This document shows, piece after piece, positions 37,280 through 50,001 of a DNA stretch of 64,000 nucleotides (position 1 is its first letter; each line of letters opens with the position of its first letter). The notes beneath the pieces are model-generated. The model ran no database searches. It was not told the DNA's origin and was given only the letters and a program-made list of their open reading frames with translations. Position numbers and translations under genes: made by a program. The DNA comes from Eutreptiella sp. 'Long Island Sound 2002' (lineage: Eukaryota > Protista > Euglenida), in the NCBI GenBank assembly GCA_964036045.1, contig OZ038379.1, forward strand, positions 71,176,001-71,240,000. The letters are read 5' to 3'.

Positions 37280-37540
37280 GACACACGGCACATGCCCAAA
37301 CCGTTCCTTGCTCTCTGGATAGTACCGTGGATTCTTGTGCTCTATAATGGACCCTGAGTTTAGGCAGTGCTACAAAAAAAATCGCGTCCATCGTTCGGTG
37401 GACGTTGTTGCCAACACGCACGCGGCGGAGGCCAACACCATCGCACCATTCCACCCCGTTGTACTTGTCACACACGATATTGGCGACACGGCGCGGCGTG
37501 TTGCCAGCACGCTCTTGCCAACGGCCGCACCTCCTCACCT
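37280..37540 (-). pseudogene. Possible degenerate P-loop GTPase-like fragment
   Basis: GGAAVGKS (37511-37534); a shifted frame gives VEWCDGVG and DAIFFVA; stop immediately upstream. Confidence 0.25.
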
Positions 37541-40500
37541 TGTGGGGTATGGGTTTCGGTGGCGGCTGTTGTTGTCACGCCTGGGGCGGGGGCCAGCTAC
37601 AACTCGCCACGCGGCCCATGCTGTCGCAGCGATGTTGTGGGCACTGCGGGACTTGAGTGTCTCATCTGAGAGCAACGAGAGGGTGATGCAATATTGTACG
37701 GCCCCCGGTACCTTGCGAATGATGTACTCAATGCATGGGTGCCTACGTTGCATACTACTATTCCTACAACTCAGCACTTGGTCAAGATGGATGCTGCGTC
37801 TCGGAGTATAAGGCGGTGGTGTAGCTAGGTGCTTATGCTCCAGTTCTTGTCCTCGCTCTCGTCCGGGTGAGGTATGCCTTGCCCGTTGGGTTGCTACGTC
37901 TTGCCACTGTTGCTAGATTTTTTTGGTGGCACTGGTCACTCACTGCCTAGGGTGGTCCCTTGAGCCAGAGGTGTTGGGCAGCTTGCTTGTGTCGGTTTTA
38001 GGAGGGGCCATAGCACAAAGTGGGTCGCTGCCTTGAGTAGATGGTTATGCGCCAGCCCGCTAATGTCCAGTGTCTGCCTAGGGGCTTTGGCTCATCTTGG
38101 GTGGGCAGGTCGGCACAGCCAAGTTCCCTCGGCATCGCCTTTTCGAATTCTTGCAGATACTCCGTCGCGCACCTTCGGCTCACCGTCGGCTAGATAGCGA
38201 ACGCTGCCTAGCCTTGCCGGACATCAAAAGCAATGAAGCGGTGTGTGTCCAGTGCTGCTTCAAGTGGCTGTGCTAATAGCCATTATGCATGTCGGTCTTG
38301 GTATCACATGGTTTGTTGCCCTTCTCACGCTATGTCCAAGTGCTGCCAAAAGGTGAGGTGTTGTGCACTTGTGAACAGATTTGCGACTCCTCTAGGTCTT
38401 GTCCTTGGCGAGTTCGCAGATGGTGATGGTAGGTCAGCTAGTGGATCAGGTCTGCGTCTGTCGATTGCATGGATGCGAGGCACTGTTGGCGGCGGGAGAG
38501 GGCAAAGACCAAGCAAAAATGTCGGCCCTCCTGCGGTTCACGCCTCAAACATCATGCGGCCTTGGTCCAAGCAGTTTCCTTGTTGTGGCGGTCCGTCCCC
38601 GAACTCCATGACGTAGTTGTAGGACGGCACCTGTGTTCCGAGGTGTACATCGGCACGTCCATCGGTCTTGGCAGTTCCATGGTGGTGGACATGATGTGAG
38701 TAAGGTGGGGCGTCAGCAGGTGCTAGCAGGGGGACATACATCTACAGCTGTTCCATATGTTGCGCGGTTGCGGCTAGCCCGGCCTGTCCATAAGTGGCTG
38801 CCTTCGGATGGTAGGCTGCAATGGCAAAGCCGTAGTGTCTCAGTGACATTGCATGTCCACTGACCGAGTCATGCCAGACCGTGCTTGACGTGACTCCACT
38901 GTCGCTAGCCGGCCAAGTCTCCCTTTTTTCACCTGTTGCCCAAATTTCTTTTTCTGCGTGTTCTGCAAGCGGTGCATAGATGTGCGCTTTTTGGGCGACG
39001 GCGGCAAGGGCGAGTGGGGCGAGTGGGGCGGGGTAGGTGCCATCCGTAGTAGGCGTCATTGTTGTGATTGGGCCATGATGGCGTTGGTGGCACAGGAGGG
39101 AGGGTGTTGTGCACGTTCACTTGTACGACTGAGGTCGCTTTGACAGTGTGTGATGGGAGGTCCCGCCGCGGCCCTAGGTCTGCCCTGGTCTTGCATCGTG
39201 CTGGTGATGATTTGGAACCTGCCAACGGTACTGACATGGCGGTGACGCCTTTTTGGTAGGCTCTGATGATGAAGTGTTGCTGCCGCTACTGTCAGTGTGA
39301 TGTGAGGTGTCACTCATGGTGCTGGAGCCATTGCGCCGGAGCTCCAAAAAGAGGATCTTGAAGGGCCGGCTTTTCCGGGTCCACAAGGGCAGCTCGCCCC
39401 CGAAAAATACAGACTCTCTCATGATAATTTTAGAGTGAGGCAATGACCTCCTTCGGCGTTTCCAACAAATTTTTTGTGGTGCAGTAGTAAGTCTGTATTT
39501 GGCCTTCTCGATTCCTTTATTGATAAATGAGGAACAACGGCTGGGACTTCAATTCTTTGGATTGGCCTAAAACCACCGATGACCTATCACCAGCTATATA
39601 TCAAGTGCAAGAAGGATCCACTATCCAAAAAGAACAGCAATGGATGCGCGGTCGCAAAAAGAAAAAGCACCGGAGCAAAGATGCATCTTCTCAAGAGTTG
39701 ACATTGTTGGCCTCAACCTCTACCCCAAAACACTCCACAACAAAATGCCACCACAACCCATCTTGACAGATGTAGAGCATGGGGGTGGCGACACACTTAT
39801 TCATACATCGCTTCTTTTAGTTGGGCCACATTGTCACAGCCGCCAATAATGATTGTCCAGACATCATTTGTGGGAGTGCGAACCCGCACCACTGACGGTG
39901 GATTGTCTTTGGCACCGCCAATAACCGTCCGCAAGGCTTCCTACGGGAACACCACCGGAACAAGCCGCAAGGAGGAGATTACCAGCTCCGTTGCCATAAA
40001 CTCCGAAGTTTGCAAATGATGGTATTGGTATTTTTTTGCTTGTAGAGTGTGCAGGGCCAATGTTTGTCATAGAGGCTTGCTAGCATGTTGTGTGACATTG
40101 GTCCCACTCTCCCCTAGTTGTAGACATTTCAAAATTTCGTCGCCTGTCTTCCACAGAAATTGTATTTCATGTTCACCGCAAAGATTCTATGTCTTTCCGA
40201 CAGTGAGGCATGAACTTTTTACATTACGTTTGTGCCTTGTTGCCGTGTCTAGTGCTGCTTCTTAGTGCCGTTCCTTTGTACACGTACTATGTTGGTCCAA
40301 ACAAACCTTCCACTCGGGTTATGCATTTTGAGCTTTGGTCGTCCATGCTCGTTTTTCTTCGATCACAATCCCTCCAATTTAGATTTGGGTTAAGGAAGTG
40401 CGCCCGAATCAGCGTGGAGTATGCTTTCCGAGTTGTACACCCTCCGCGGGTTTAAGTACACGGCGGCTACCGTGTTGTTGTATGCTTGCCCAATTTACAC

Positions 40501-40690
40501 CGAGAGGGCTTTCCAGCAGCCTTGGCATGAGCTGTTGGCCCCGCTTGAGGTGGAACCCCCGGTTGGTAGATCCTACCGGAAGGCCACATGCGTCAGCTGA
40601 CCGTGGGCATCGGGGCTTCGCTACATTGCATGCCATCCCCCCTTGTGCCGCCTGATTGATTGGTCTTTCCCTTTGACATTCATTGTTAGG

Positions 40691-41860
40691 GTGGATCGCT
40701 ATCCATGTGTTGGTGGGGGTTGGTCCCAATTGAGCGTCTCCATCATCAACATGGGCCTCTGGGGACGCATCCTCGCATGCGTACGGGTCATCGTGGGAGG
40801 GACAAGCAAATAGCCACCTTGGCAACCCTTTAGAAAACCAGCATCAAGGGGCGGTTTGTTCACCAACAATTGTTCGAGCGGCGTTCAAATAACTTGTTCC
40901 GGCGGTGTTCAAATAACTTGTTCCGGCGGTGTTTGGATGGTGTTCCGCCTAGTTGTTTGAACGCCCATTGAAACAATTGAGTTCCAACGATTTGCCCGTT
41001 TTTTTTCAGGTAGTTCGGCTCAATGTGGACAGCACAACCGTGGTCTACGACGCCCGTGATCACCCGGCCGATGTTTGGCGGGGTGGGGAGTTCCCTTGGC
41101 TGTGTCGCATCATTGGGATTTCACCAGCCCCACAAGTTGAGTCCCTATACGATGAGGCCATCTAGAACTTTGATGCCCGCGTTTGGCTGGGCAAAGATGT
41201 GGTCCGGACGACCAAGTCAGATCATGGCCAGCGGACATCTTTTTTGTTAGGGACCCATCCCTCAAAGTAGACGGCTGGTTGGTGGACCCGGTGGTGGCGG
41301 TCGCACGCTACCGGGGTGTCATGTGCATTTTTCGCTGCCGCATGGCACTCGGGCGGCTACAAATGGCCAACATCAAACAGCTGGCTAATGACCGACTTGT
41401 CCCCGATGGTCATGTTACTCGCGCGGCCACCCAGGCCACGTTGCATGAACATCCCACCGGGTGCCGTTTGGGGAAGGATGCCTCCCGGGATGGTGAGTAG
41501 ACCTCTCATCTTTTTGCTGTGTGGGCGGACTTGGCCTTGTTGTTGGCCGTGGCACCGGATAAGCCACTCTACAAGGCGATTGTTGATATGGCACAGTTGC
41601 TGCGGGACCTGTACCTCACTTATCAAGTGCGTCCACGTCCCCATTGGCGGTGTATAGTGGCTGCCTCTCCGTGAGCATTGTGTGCCCAGGTCTGCGTCCC
41701 ACGACCTCCTTTTTTTGGAGGAGGATGCAGACTGCCTGTTGGAGGACACATGGCCTTTCGGCATGCCAATGCTCTCCAACGACATCGTTGAGAGCCCGAA
41801 ATGGTTCCTAAAGCAGACCTTCAACGAGCACAATGCTTGGGTGGTGGGAAGCCAACTTCA
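40691..41860 (+). pseudogene. Degenerate DDE transposase (Transib/RAG/Chapaev-like motif order)
   Basis: Collinear motifs across frames: VDRYPCVGGGWSQLSVSIIN, VWRGGEFPWLCRIIG, MCIFRCRMALGRLQ, LLFLEEDAD...PFGMPMLSNDIVESPKWFLKQTFNEH (41775-41795). Confidence 0.5.
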
Positions 41861-42499
41861 ACTAGGCAAAGTGCCTGTGAACGCCCCGAGGCCTCTATGA
41901 ACCAAGGCGCCGACACCCTAGGGCAAGTGCTGCAATGGGCATTTCTACATATTCACATCTACCAGCACCAACACAATGATGTTCGCCATGTTCCTTGTGT
42001 AGGCATACCTTCCCTAGAGCCCATTCGCCACCCCCCTTCGTTAGCTCACTGTTGTCCTTTGCTCCACAACATGGCCGTGCCCGTCAACAACGAGATGATG
42101 GGCATTTTTTTTAACTCCTGAACGAAGTTCCACCAAGTGTCCATTGAGAGTACACATAGCAGGTCATCGGTCAGGATGATGGGCATGTTGACCAGCTTCT
42201 TGAGGGCAACACAAAACATGCACGTTGTTGTGTGCCATGCCATTGTGTGCGGGCCTATGAATGCGTGCATAATTTATGCACTAAAGCATCTCACATGGGC
42301 ATCATGTGTGCATCATTTGTGCATCATAGCATGCCATGTGTACATCATGTGTGCATCACGTGTGCACGAGTGGCCTTTACTAGGGGATAGGGGCTAAGGT
42401 GTGCATCATGGCATGCCATGGCCGCGAGTGGCCTTTACTAGGGCCTAGGGGCTAGGGGCGAGAGGCGAGGGGAGAGGGGCTGCGTGGTGGAGCGCAGTG

Positions 42500-42780
42500 C
42501 AAGATTGCCGGTTTGTCCCCTTAGGGGTTTGCCAAACCCCGAACAGTATTGTGCCCGGCTACGTGGTCCCCGGAGGGGTTAGCCGAACCCCTTAGGGTGC
42601 TAAGCCTTGCCGGTTTCCGGCACTAGCCAGCCCCTGGGTCTATCGTGCCCTGCCGGTTTTGGCCCCTCGGGTGTTAGCCAAACCCCCAGGATTATCGCAC
42701 CCTGCCAGTTTTTTCCTTTAAGGGATTAGCCAACCCTGCCAGTTTTGTCCTTTAAGGGATTAGCCAAACCACCAGGGGTG
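42500..42780. repeat. Degenerate minisatellite with GGGGTTAGCCAAACCCC and CTGCCGGTTT motifs
   Basis: About five units; ends in a 34-bp tandem duplication at 42700-42767. Confidence 0.7.
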
Positions 42781-45700
42781 TAATGCCCTATGTTGCCCCC
42801 CCCCCCCCCGTGTCATGGTGCGCTCTATGCACACTGGGCGTGCAAATAATGTTGTCCATTTCTGTTCGTCCGCCGACGTTGTGGCGCTGTTCCATTGGCC
42901 ACTAGAACACGGCCGCAACGTTGCCGGAACAAGGTACTGGAACTTGGAAGGAACAAATTTCTGAGGACTAACTGACACCACCCTCCTTCTTTTGTTCACA
43001 TGACAGGATGTTGGAGGGGGATGCCCTGCGGCAAGCTCTTGCCGCGCCTACCCTTGACCTTGCCCTTGCAGCGCCCTCATGGACACCCACTAGCTCTGTG
43101 CGGGCTTCAATAGCCACACCTCCATCCCCAAATCAACACCCTGATCAACCTACTCCGCCCGTGTGGGCCGTCAAAGCTCAACGGGCTGCACTGGCCGCCC
43201 CAACACCGCCCAAGACTGTCAACACCAAACGGACACGCACCGCAACCACCTAAACGCGGTGCAAGATGTCCTTGTGGAGAGGGACAAGACGCCGTCCGCG
43301 CAGATACGCCAAGCCTGGCCCGCCCCCAAACAGAACATGGACACGCGAGTGCAGGTATCACCCTTTCGAGCATGCCATATGGGCCAATAGGGCCAGAAAA
43401 TTGTGCGGCGTTCTCCCCACGGACTTGCTCCGGTAACGTTCCAGCGACTCGTTCCGGCGGTGTTCCAATCTGTAGCACTGAAAACCACGAGAACGTCACC
43501 GGAACATCGCCTGAAGAAGTTATTGGAATGTCGCCAACACACAATTTTTTGCGGTCCTCTCTCTAGGTTGAGGACGTGCAAATCAATCCCGGGGACCCGC
43601 GGGCGGTGCGCCTCATCATGTGGTGGCCGGGTTGCGACCTGAGGCCCCTCTACGTCACCACCCTGCTACAGCAGCTACACCTGTAGCCAATCACAACACT
43701 AGAGGTGCTCATGACCTTGGCCCACCATCACGCCGGCCGCGGTAGCGTCCTCAAGACGGCCGGGGCACCATCGATGACCTATCCCCGGCCCTGGGGCACC
43801 GCCAGCAACTTGCGGCCACCCTCGCAAGTGCTCCGCACCACCCCCCCATGCCCCCACCTTGGTCCCAAAAATCTACCCCCTAGACCAAAACAACCCGCAA
43901 CTCCCAGAACAAAATAAACCCCAACCCAAAACCCAAAGCCCCTGCCAACCCCCCCCGCCAAAAAAAGAAGAAGCGGCTTCCGGGTGAGTCCTCCACATAG
44001 CCCTCCTCATAGTCCTCAATGACTTCCTACTCCTCCTCCTGCTCCTTTACCTCCATCTCTTCGGTTTCTTTTGCGGACTTGCATGTCCAATGACAGACCC
44101 CCCCCGTAGCCCCCCAAAGAGAAGACCGCACCCAAACCCGTCCACGCAAGCAGGCCCCCAACCCAAGCCCAAAGACAGCCCCCTCGCCCCACTGCACCCA
44201 CACATCCCCAAAGGCGGACATGCCAAGGGATACCCCACAGCCCAAGTCCATGCCGAAGGCCAAGACAAGGGGGGCAAAGGGGGGGGGTTGAGGTACAAGG
44301 TGGTGGGAAATGTTTGTGTCGTTTTTTTTGCGACAAGGGGGTGTGGGAGATTGAGAACGGCAAGGAGCCAATTGCCGCGCATGGACCCCCCAAAAAAAGA
44401 GAGGACTTGGGTGAGGTTCCGGGGAGACGAGGAACTTTTTGGGGTGCAGAAGGTCACTATGTGGCGGACCCGAAGGCAGGCCAAGAAGTACCTCAAGAAG
44501 AGGAGGAAGGAGAAGGAGGCGAGTGAACAGAGGGAGGGTGACAACGACGCCGAGGACGGGGGCGCGGGGCGCCCCAAATTACCCCCCCTTGTCCCTTGAT
44601 GAGCACCACCCCGTCACCCACCACCCCTTCACCCTCCAGCCCGGAAACCACCACCCCCATACCCTCATCCCGGTTAGCACTAACCCTGGGAGCACCCTCA
44701 CCTTCCCCTAGCCCATCCCCTTGGTGTCCCCCACTCCCATCCCCGTCCTCGTCCTCAGCGTCCGCCCGACCACTTAGGAGGAGTAGCCAAGGGATGCACA
44801 AAGAAACTAACCCAACGTGCTCTTGACCGCACCCTAACGTACAATCTATGTTTCACTTTCCCTTTATCCATACTTTGCTTTTTGTGTCGCTTGCCCGTTC
44901 TTGTGGTGTTCCGGTAACTTGTTCCGGCGGTGTTGCGGCAAAAGCTGCTTTTGAATGCAACCATTTTTTGCACGACAATACCGAAAACGACAAATCTGAC
45001 AGCACTAGCGGGGTGCCCCTTGGCGAGCGAGAAACGTGTTTTCCCGGCATGTATGGGTGGGTGTACTTGCTTGGGGGGTAAATGAACTTCAAACTTTTTT
45101 TGTTCCGGCCACTTTTGTTTGCACCCTAGAACCATTTGGCTAGAACAACCTTTGGATTCAAACGCGTACCAAGGGTGCACCGCGGTTTTTCCCACGGCCG
45201 TTGTTGTAGGGTCTGGTGAATTCGCTGCTACAAGCTTTGTCATTGTCATTGCTAGCGTGCAACGCCTTGCAAGCGAGGTGGGTAGGAAGTCCAAGGGTTG
45301 CCGTTCACTTTACGGCGCAGCGGTATGGGAGGCCCGGTTTCCGAAAAGGCTCTAGCTAGCTGCCCGTTGAGTCTCAACATGGAGGATGTTGCCAAACGGC
45401 CATTCCTGATTGACCCTAGATGTAGCCGGCATCATCATCTAGGACAGTGGCGAAACCGGAAGAGTCAAGTCGCATGTCATTGGGGTACATCATCTCAATG
45501 GCGCATGCGCATATCCGTCGGAATGGACCACCGGTCACGCGGTGAGCCTCGAAGCCAACTATTAGGACGGCCCGGCATGCCAACACAGCCAAGATGGATT
45601 GGGCGTGCGAACCCTGGAATATTAGTGCAGTTCAAGCCAAAAGATATGAAGAACACGTTAGCAGCTTCCACCCGCACACCCTTCTTAATACTGCAACCGA

Positions 45701-46609
45701 TGTTAGTGAAAGTGTGCAACACTTAGGGGTCGGGAAACCCACATGATCTGGCATAGCCGAGCGACCATGTATTGTCGCAGCTCTACACAAGCGATCGAAG
45801 GTCGTAGGGTGTGCTGCAAAGTGGATGTAGTTCAGTGGCGACACCCAGCCCCCTATTGCAATACTTTGGCTTTTGCCAATTTCTTTGTTGACGGATTGAT
45901 CCGGGTAGTTGGTTTGTGTGCTCGATTAGCGAGGACTAACTTGTGCGGTCCCTTCATCCACCCTGCTACTCGACCTTCCTGGTATTGTGGCCTGCATTGG
46001 TTGACGTTGTTGTCATATGCGGCCGTTGCAACCGACATGCCCGTTCAAGCAATGCTTGTAGGGCAATCAGCGCTTGCGACGGGTTTGAGCCAAAATGAGG
46101 CTTCAAAAAAAATACGGTTTATTGTGTGGATTGGTTTCTCTTGTGTCCACTATTGAGGGTTGTTGTCATGGGTAACTGTATGTATTTTTCCTTTCGCTGA
46201 GTGATGTGTTGTTCGGAGTGGGTGAGTACATTGGTGCGGAGAGGCTTGTGTTTGCCCGATACCATGACGGGGTTGTTTGCAAACCCCGAGTTTTTTTTAC
46301 GTAAATTCACTCTTTGTTGATGTCGCGGCCATTACTCGTGAGTCGCAGCCTATACTTCCGGCTCCTGTCCATGGAGCCATATCCAAGCACGTAAACTAAA
46401 AATACGCAAAGGGATCATTAGCACTTGTCCCAAGCAGGCCTGCATTTACTGAAAAATGCCAAATGCCCCTATTTCTCAAGCCTATTCCGGTACCCTACCC
46501 CAAGGGGTGGAATTGTTGACCTAACCCCTTGTACAAGGAGTACATTGTCCAACAAATGCATACCCCAATGAGTTTTTCGTCGGCATTGCTCCATACCCCC
46601 CCCCCCCAA

Positions 46610-47055
46610 CCTACGTGTCACTCATTTTTTTTAAGCGTTGGGTAGGGTGGGTAATCAAAAAATGTTGGGGAAAAGACGTTTTTGTTTTTTCCCTCTCGAA
46701 ACCATGCATCTTTCAGGTTTCGTCCAGTTTTGAGCCGAAAAGGTGTTTTTGTGTCCCGACTACTTTTGGTTTGTGTGGGTGGAGTGGGACAAATTGCATA
46801 AGCGCTTTGCAAGTTGTACCATTTTGTGCTGCTTGTGGCATGTTTGCATTTTTGGCACCAAGTCTGGCCCCATTGTGCCTCCGCAGCCGGTTGGCTGTGG
46901 GGACGATGTGACAATACCTCCATGCTCTGCTCACTTTTTCTAAGTGTCTATTGCCTTGAGTGTCTTTTTATTTTCGGTGCCATAAAATCTTGTCATCGCG
47001 TCCCGGTGGGCCGGTTATTTTGTCCCGTTACCCAAGCCCCCCCCCCTCCCCGGCC
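46610..47055. mobile_element. Interspersed repeat between poly-C tracts, containing SL-like motifs
   Basis: Bounded by C runs at ~46597-46608 and ~47037-47050; no TSD found. Confidence 0.4.
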
Positions 47056-48843
47056 ACTATTTTCATCGTTTGTCCAGCCCGTTGTTGCTTGGCCAACAGT
47101 GAGCCGGCTCCATCTTGGAGCAACCATACTAGATTAGACAGAGCGGCCCATCACCCTAAGTGAGTACCATGCAGCAACCCCTCTGGTTGTGAGAAAACAC
47201 GCCAAACGTGTTGATGCCGTGCAGTGTGGTGGCAACCATGAGAGATGTACATACACAAGACCGAACCCGATGCTGCACAAAACTAATGGCACCCGTGAGG
47301 TGCAAGGATCCGGGTGTGTGGGGCCGGGGGCGCAGGAAAACCACGGGATATGGCCAAACCCTGAACCAGAGGCGTGTGGCACCTTGATCCCAGATTTTGA
47401 CCCCATCGCATTTGGAGTGCAGTCACTGTGGACCCAAGGGCACCCCGTACAGCCGGCACTACGGCACCAAGTTTAGCCGGCCTGAGCGCCAACCGCAGGT
47501 CCGGCGCCAACAACCGTGGCGGTGCTAGCGACAATAACAATGAGATTTTGCCATATTCCAAGCCCTCTAAGTCCAAATGCAAATGTCCATTGGTTGGGCG
47601 ATGTTTGGGTCAACCAGCAGGTAGCGATGCTCGTCACAAACGGCCCAACCCCGTGCTTGGAGTTCACCGTCAAGAAGAGCACTGTGCCCCATGATAACGC
47701 GGGTTGCACCTATGATTCCCGGTTTCCCGAGCAGGTGCAGGTGATCATCAGTAATGATGTGTTCCCTTGCCTTGAGCCCTCCACAGAGGACCACCACTTT
47801 GTGTTCATCGACAACACCTACCGCCGCATCTGCTTGCCGCCAGTTGCTTCCACTACCGCTTCTCTGCCATGCGGGAGCTTCCTGTGGCCGACCACATTTA
47901 CGCCTGCCACGAGGTAACCACACTGCCCAACGTGGACAACCCAAATCGGTTCACAAACATGGCGTTGCCATACAGCATGACTAAGGCATTTTGGACCTCC
48001 TCACATAGCCGTATTGGTTATCCAAGCTTGACCAAAAAACAAGCACAACCGGTCCCGGCGAAGAGGATTCGGACACCTTCCCTCCCAAGTGCAAGGATCC
48101 TGCAGGGGCTTCCCTGCTCGGTGCGCTTCGTGCTCAAAACCGGACCAGAAAGTGGTCAAAGAAAAGACTTAAAAGTACCGGGCTAGCCACAAAATGGTTG
48201 GCATACACGGGCGCAAGCAAATTTGGCACACAAACTAATTGTCGCTCGCCCACTTGTCGGCCAACATCGACAACGACTAAACCCAAGGCAGTCGCACCGC
48301 CCAACAAGGACACTAGAAATAGGCCCATGAACTTGGAGTAGTTCATCGGCATGTTGATGACAATGTTGTTTGGCTCATTGTCCCTAGCCGAACTAGCCAT
48401 CCAAGCACCCAAATTGGACCAAACACCATGCACAACGGGAGCCAGTTGCTTTCCGGTCCCCGCCCCCTAGCCCCAAAACCCACCAGCGGCTTGCCATCAA
48501 ACACAGTGCAATAAGCCCACATGTGCCCGCTCCTCTAGGTGCGAGGATCATGCCATCATGGCTTGCCTTTTTGCGTGCATAGTGACCAAAATACGGCTAG
48601 TGAGGAGAGGTCTTGGAACCGGTGATAACAGTCTTGAGATGTACAAATACGGAAATGTCCCCATTCGCATAGAAACACGTACATCACGAACTTATTGGTC
48701 AGCCTTCAACCGCTTCTTACTACTATCGGTATTTGCGGCTGCCTTGCACTCTCTCTTCTGCTTGGTTTCCCTTTTGCAACGATACGTTCACCCTGTCACA
48801 TAACTCATCCAATGGTACCCGTTGTCCCCAAATCTTCGACACA

Positions 48844-50001
48844 GGGGGAATGTTTGCCCGGCGCGCGCCCGGCGCGCTACTTTTCTATTAACTATCCCGA
48901 CTTCAGCCCCAGATTTACCCTCCCATGGAGAAGCCCCCCAAGTAGACCACATTGCATTGCACACCTTCCCTACAAAGCACGTTGCAAAATAAAGCACGAT
49001 CTGTGATTTCAACCACTCCAACTGTCATTTGTAGTGTAACTAACAAACAACATTGGTCCCACAAGTGTGGGTGTCAATACATTCATTACAATAGTGCTCC
49101 TTACACTCATCACAAACTGCGACGGTGGAGCGCCTTTGGCAACACCAAACACACACTTCCGCCTCATCCTGTGCCTCATCTTGCGTGGCGGCCGAGTTGC
49201 TTTGGTCAGTCCAAACCTGAGGCGGGACATGCTCCCATGGTCCGTAGGGGGGGTGACGGACTTGCCTCCGGATGCAAAACTCAGTGAAATGCAACAAAAT
49301 GTGGACTGACTGCTGCAACTCATTGGAGCCGCCACGCCAGATGTTCCTAACCAAACCCCAATGCCACAACCGAGCAAACAGCTGCTCAATGTGTGCCCTG
49401 TACCACCCATGGACATCATCGTAACATTGTTGGCGGGCTGTCAAAGTGCCATTCTTTCTTCCAATGAATGGCACAATGACATGAATCCGGCCTTTATAAG
49501 CACCATCATGGCCCCCAACTTGAAAATCAAAGAAATCACGTCGGGTACGAGATGGTGCGTACCCATCCCAAATCAAAACATCTGCTGATGCCCCGGGGGC
49601 CAAGGGGCAAATCCATATAATGTTGCCCAACATATCAACGGCAACAGTCACCTTGTAAACATGCGACACATACTTAGGATTCCACAGGTCTGCACTCCAT
49701 ATCCCGCCTATGGAACTCAATAGCAGCGGAAGGTTGGGGCCCAAAAGAGGGCGGAAATGCTACGTCACCCCTGCATTCTCGGGGGTCCCCAACAAAGGAG
49801 ACAAAATCAGAAGTCAAAACCTACGCTAGGGGTCACCATGATGCTCCTAGTATCTCAAAGTGTGGGTCTCTAGTACAGCCAGGCGCCCAAATAGCTGCAC
49901 TGTGCTAAGTGCACCCCCTTAGTGCACCCCCTAAAAGGCCACTAGAGGGGCACGGGTCCAAAAAGATGCCCGGCGCGTGCCCGGCGCGCTAACGTTCCCC
50001 C
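48844..50001 (-). mobile_element. PIF/Harbinger-like (PHIS) DNA transposon, 1158 bp, probably 5'-disrupted
   Basis: 11-bp TIR GGGGGAA(T/C)GTT; 3-bp TSD ACA (48841-48843 and 50002-50004); encloses a DDE_Tnp_4-like ORF. Confidence 0.85.
49040..49744 (-). CDS. Harbinger-type DDE nuclease with a C-terminal B-box-like zinc finger; first catalytic Asp not visible
   Basis: PKYVSHVYKVTVAVDMLGNI, GHDGAY (DxxY), HGWYRAHIEQLFARL (RxxxE); tail CVWC-x9-CDEC-x4-CNEC-x3-H-x-C. Confidence 0.75.
   Translation of the reverse strand: MGPNLPLLLSSIGGIWSADLWNPKYVSHVYKVTVAVDMLGNIIWICPLAPGASADVLIWDGYAPSRTRRDFFDFQVGGHDGAYKGRIHVIVPFIGRKNGTLTARQQCYDDVHGWYRAHIEQLFARLWHWGLVRNIWRGGSNELQQSVHILLHFTEFCIRRQVRHPPYGPWEHVPPQVWTDQSNSAATQDEAQDEAEVCVWCCQRRSTVAVCDECKEHYCNECIDTHTCGTNVVC

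Noticed and set aside
38538-38741. GRADVHLG...VMEFG resembling a PD-(D/E)XK nuclease
   Set aside because: The catalytic Lys is missing and there is no supporting context
40845-40970. Mini-MITE with CAAGGGGCG/CGCCCATTG ends
   Set aside because: Flanks show no TSD; kept only as an insert in the transposase remnant
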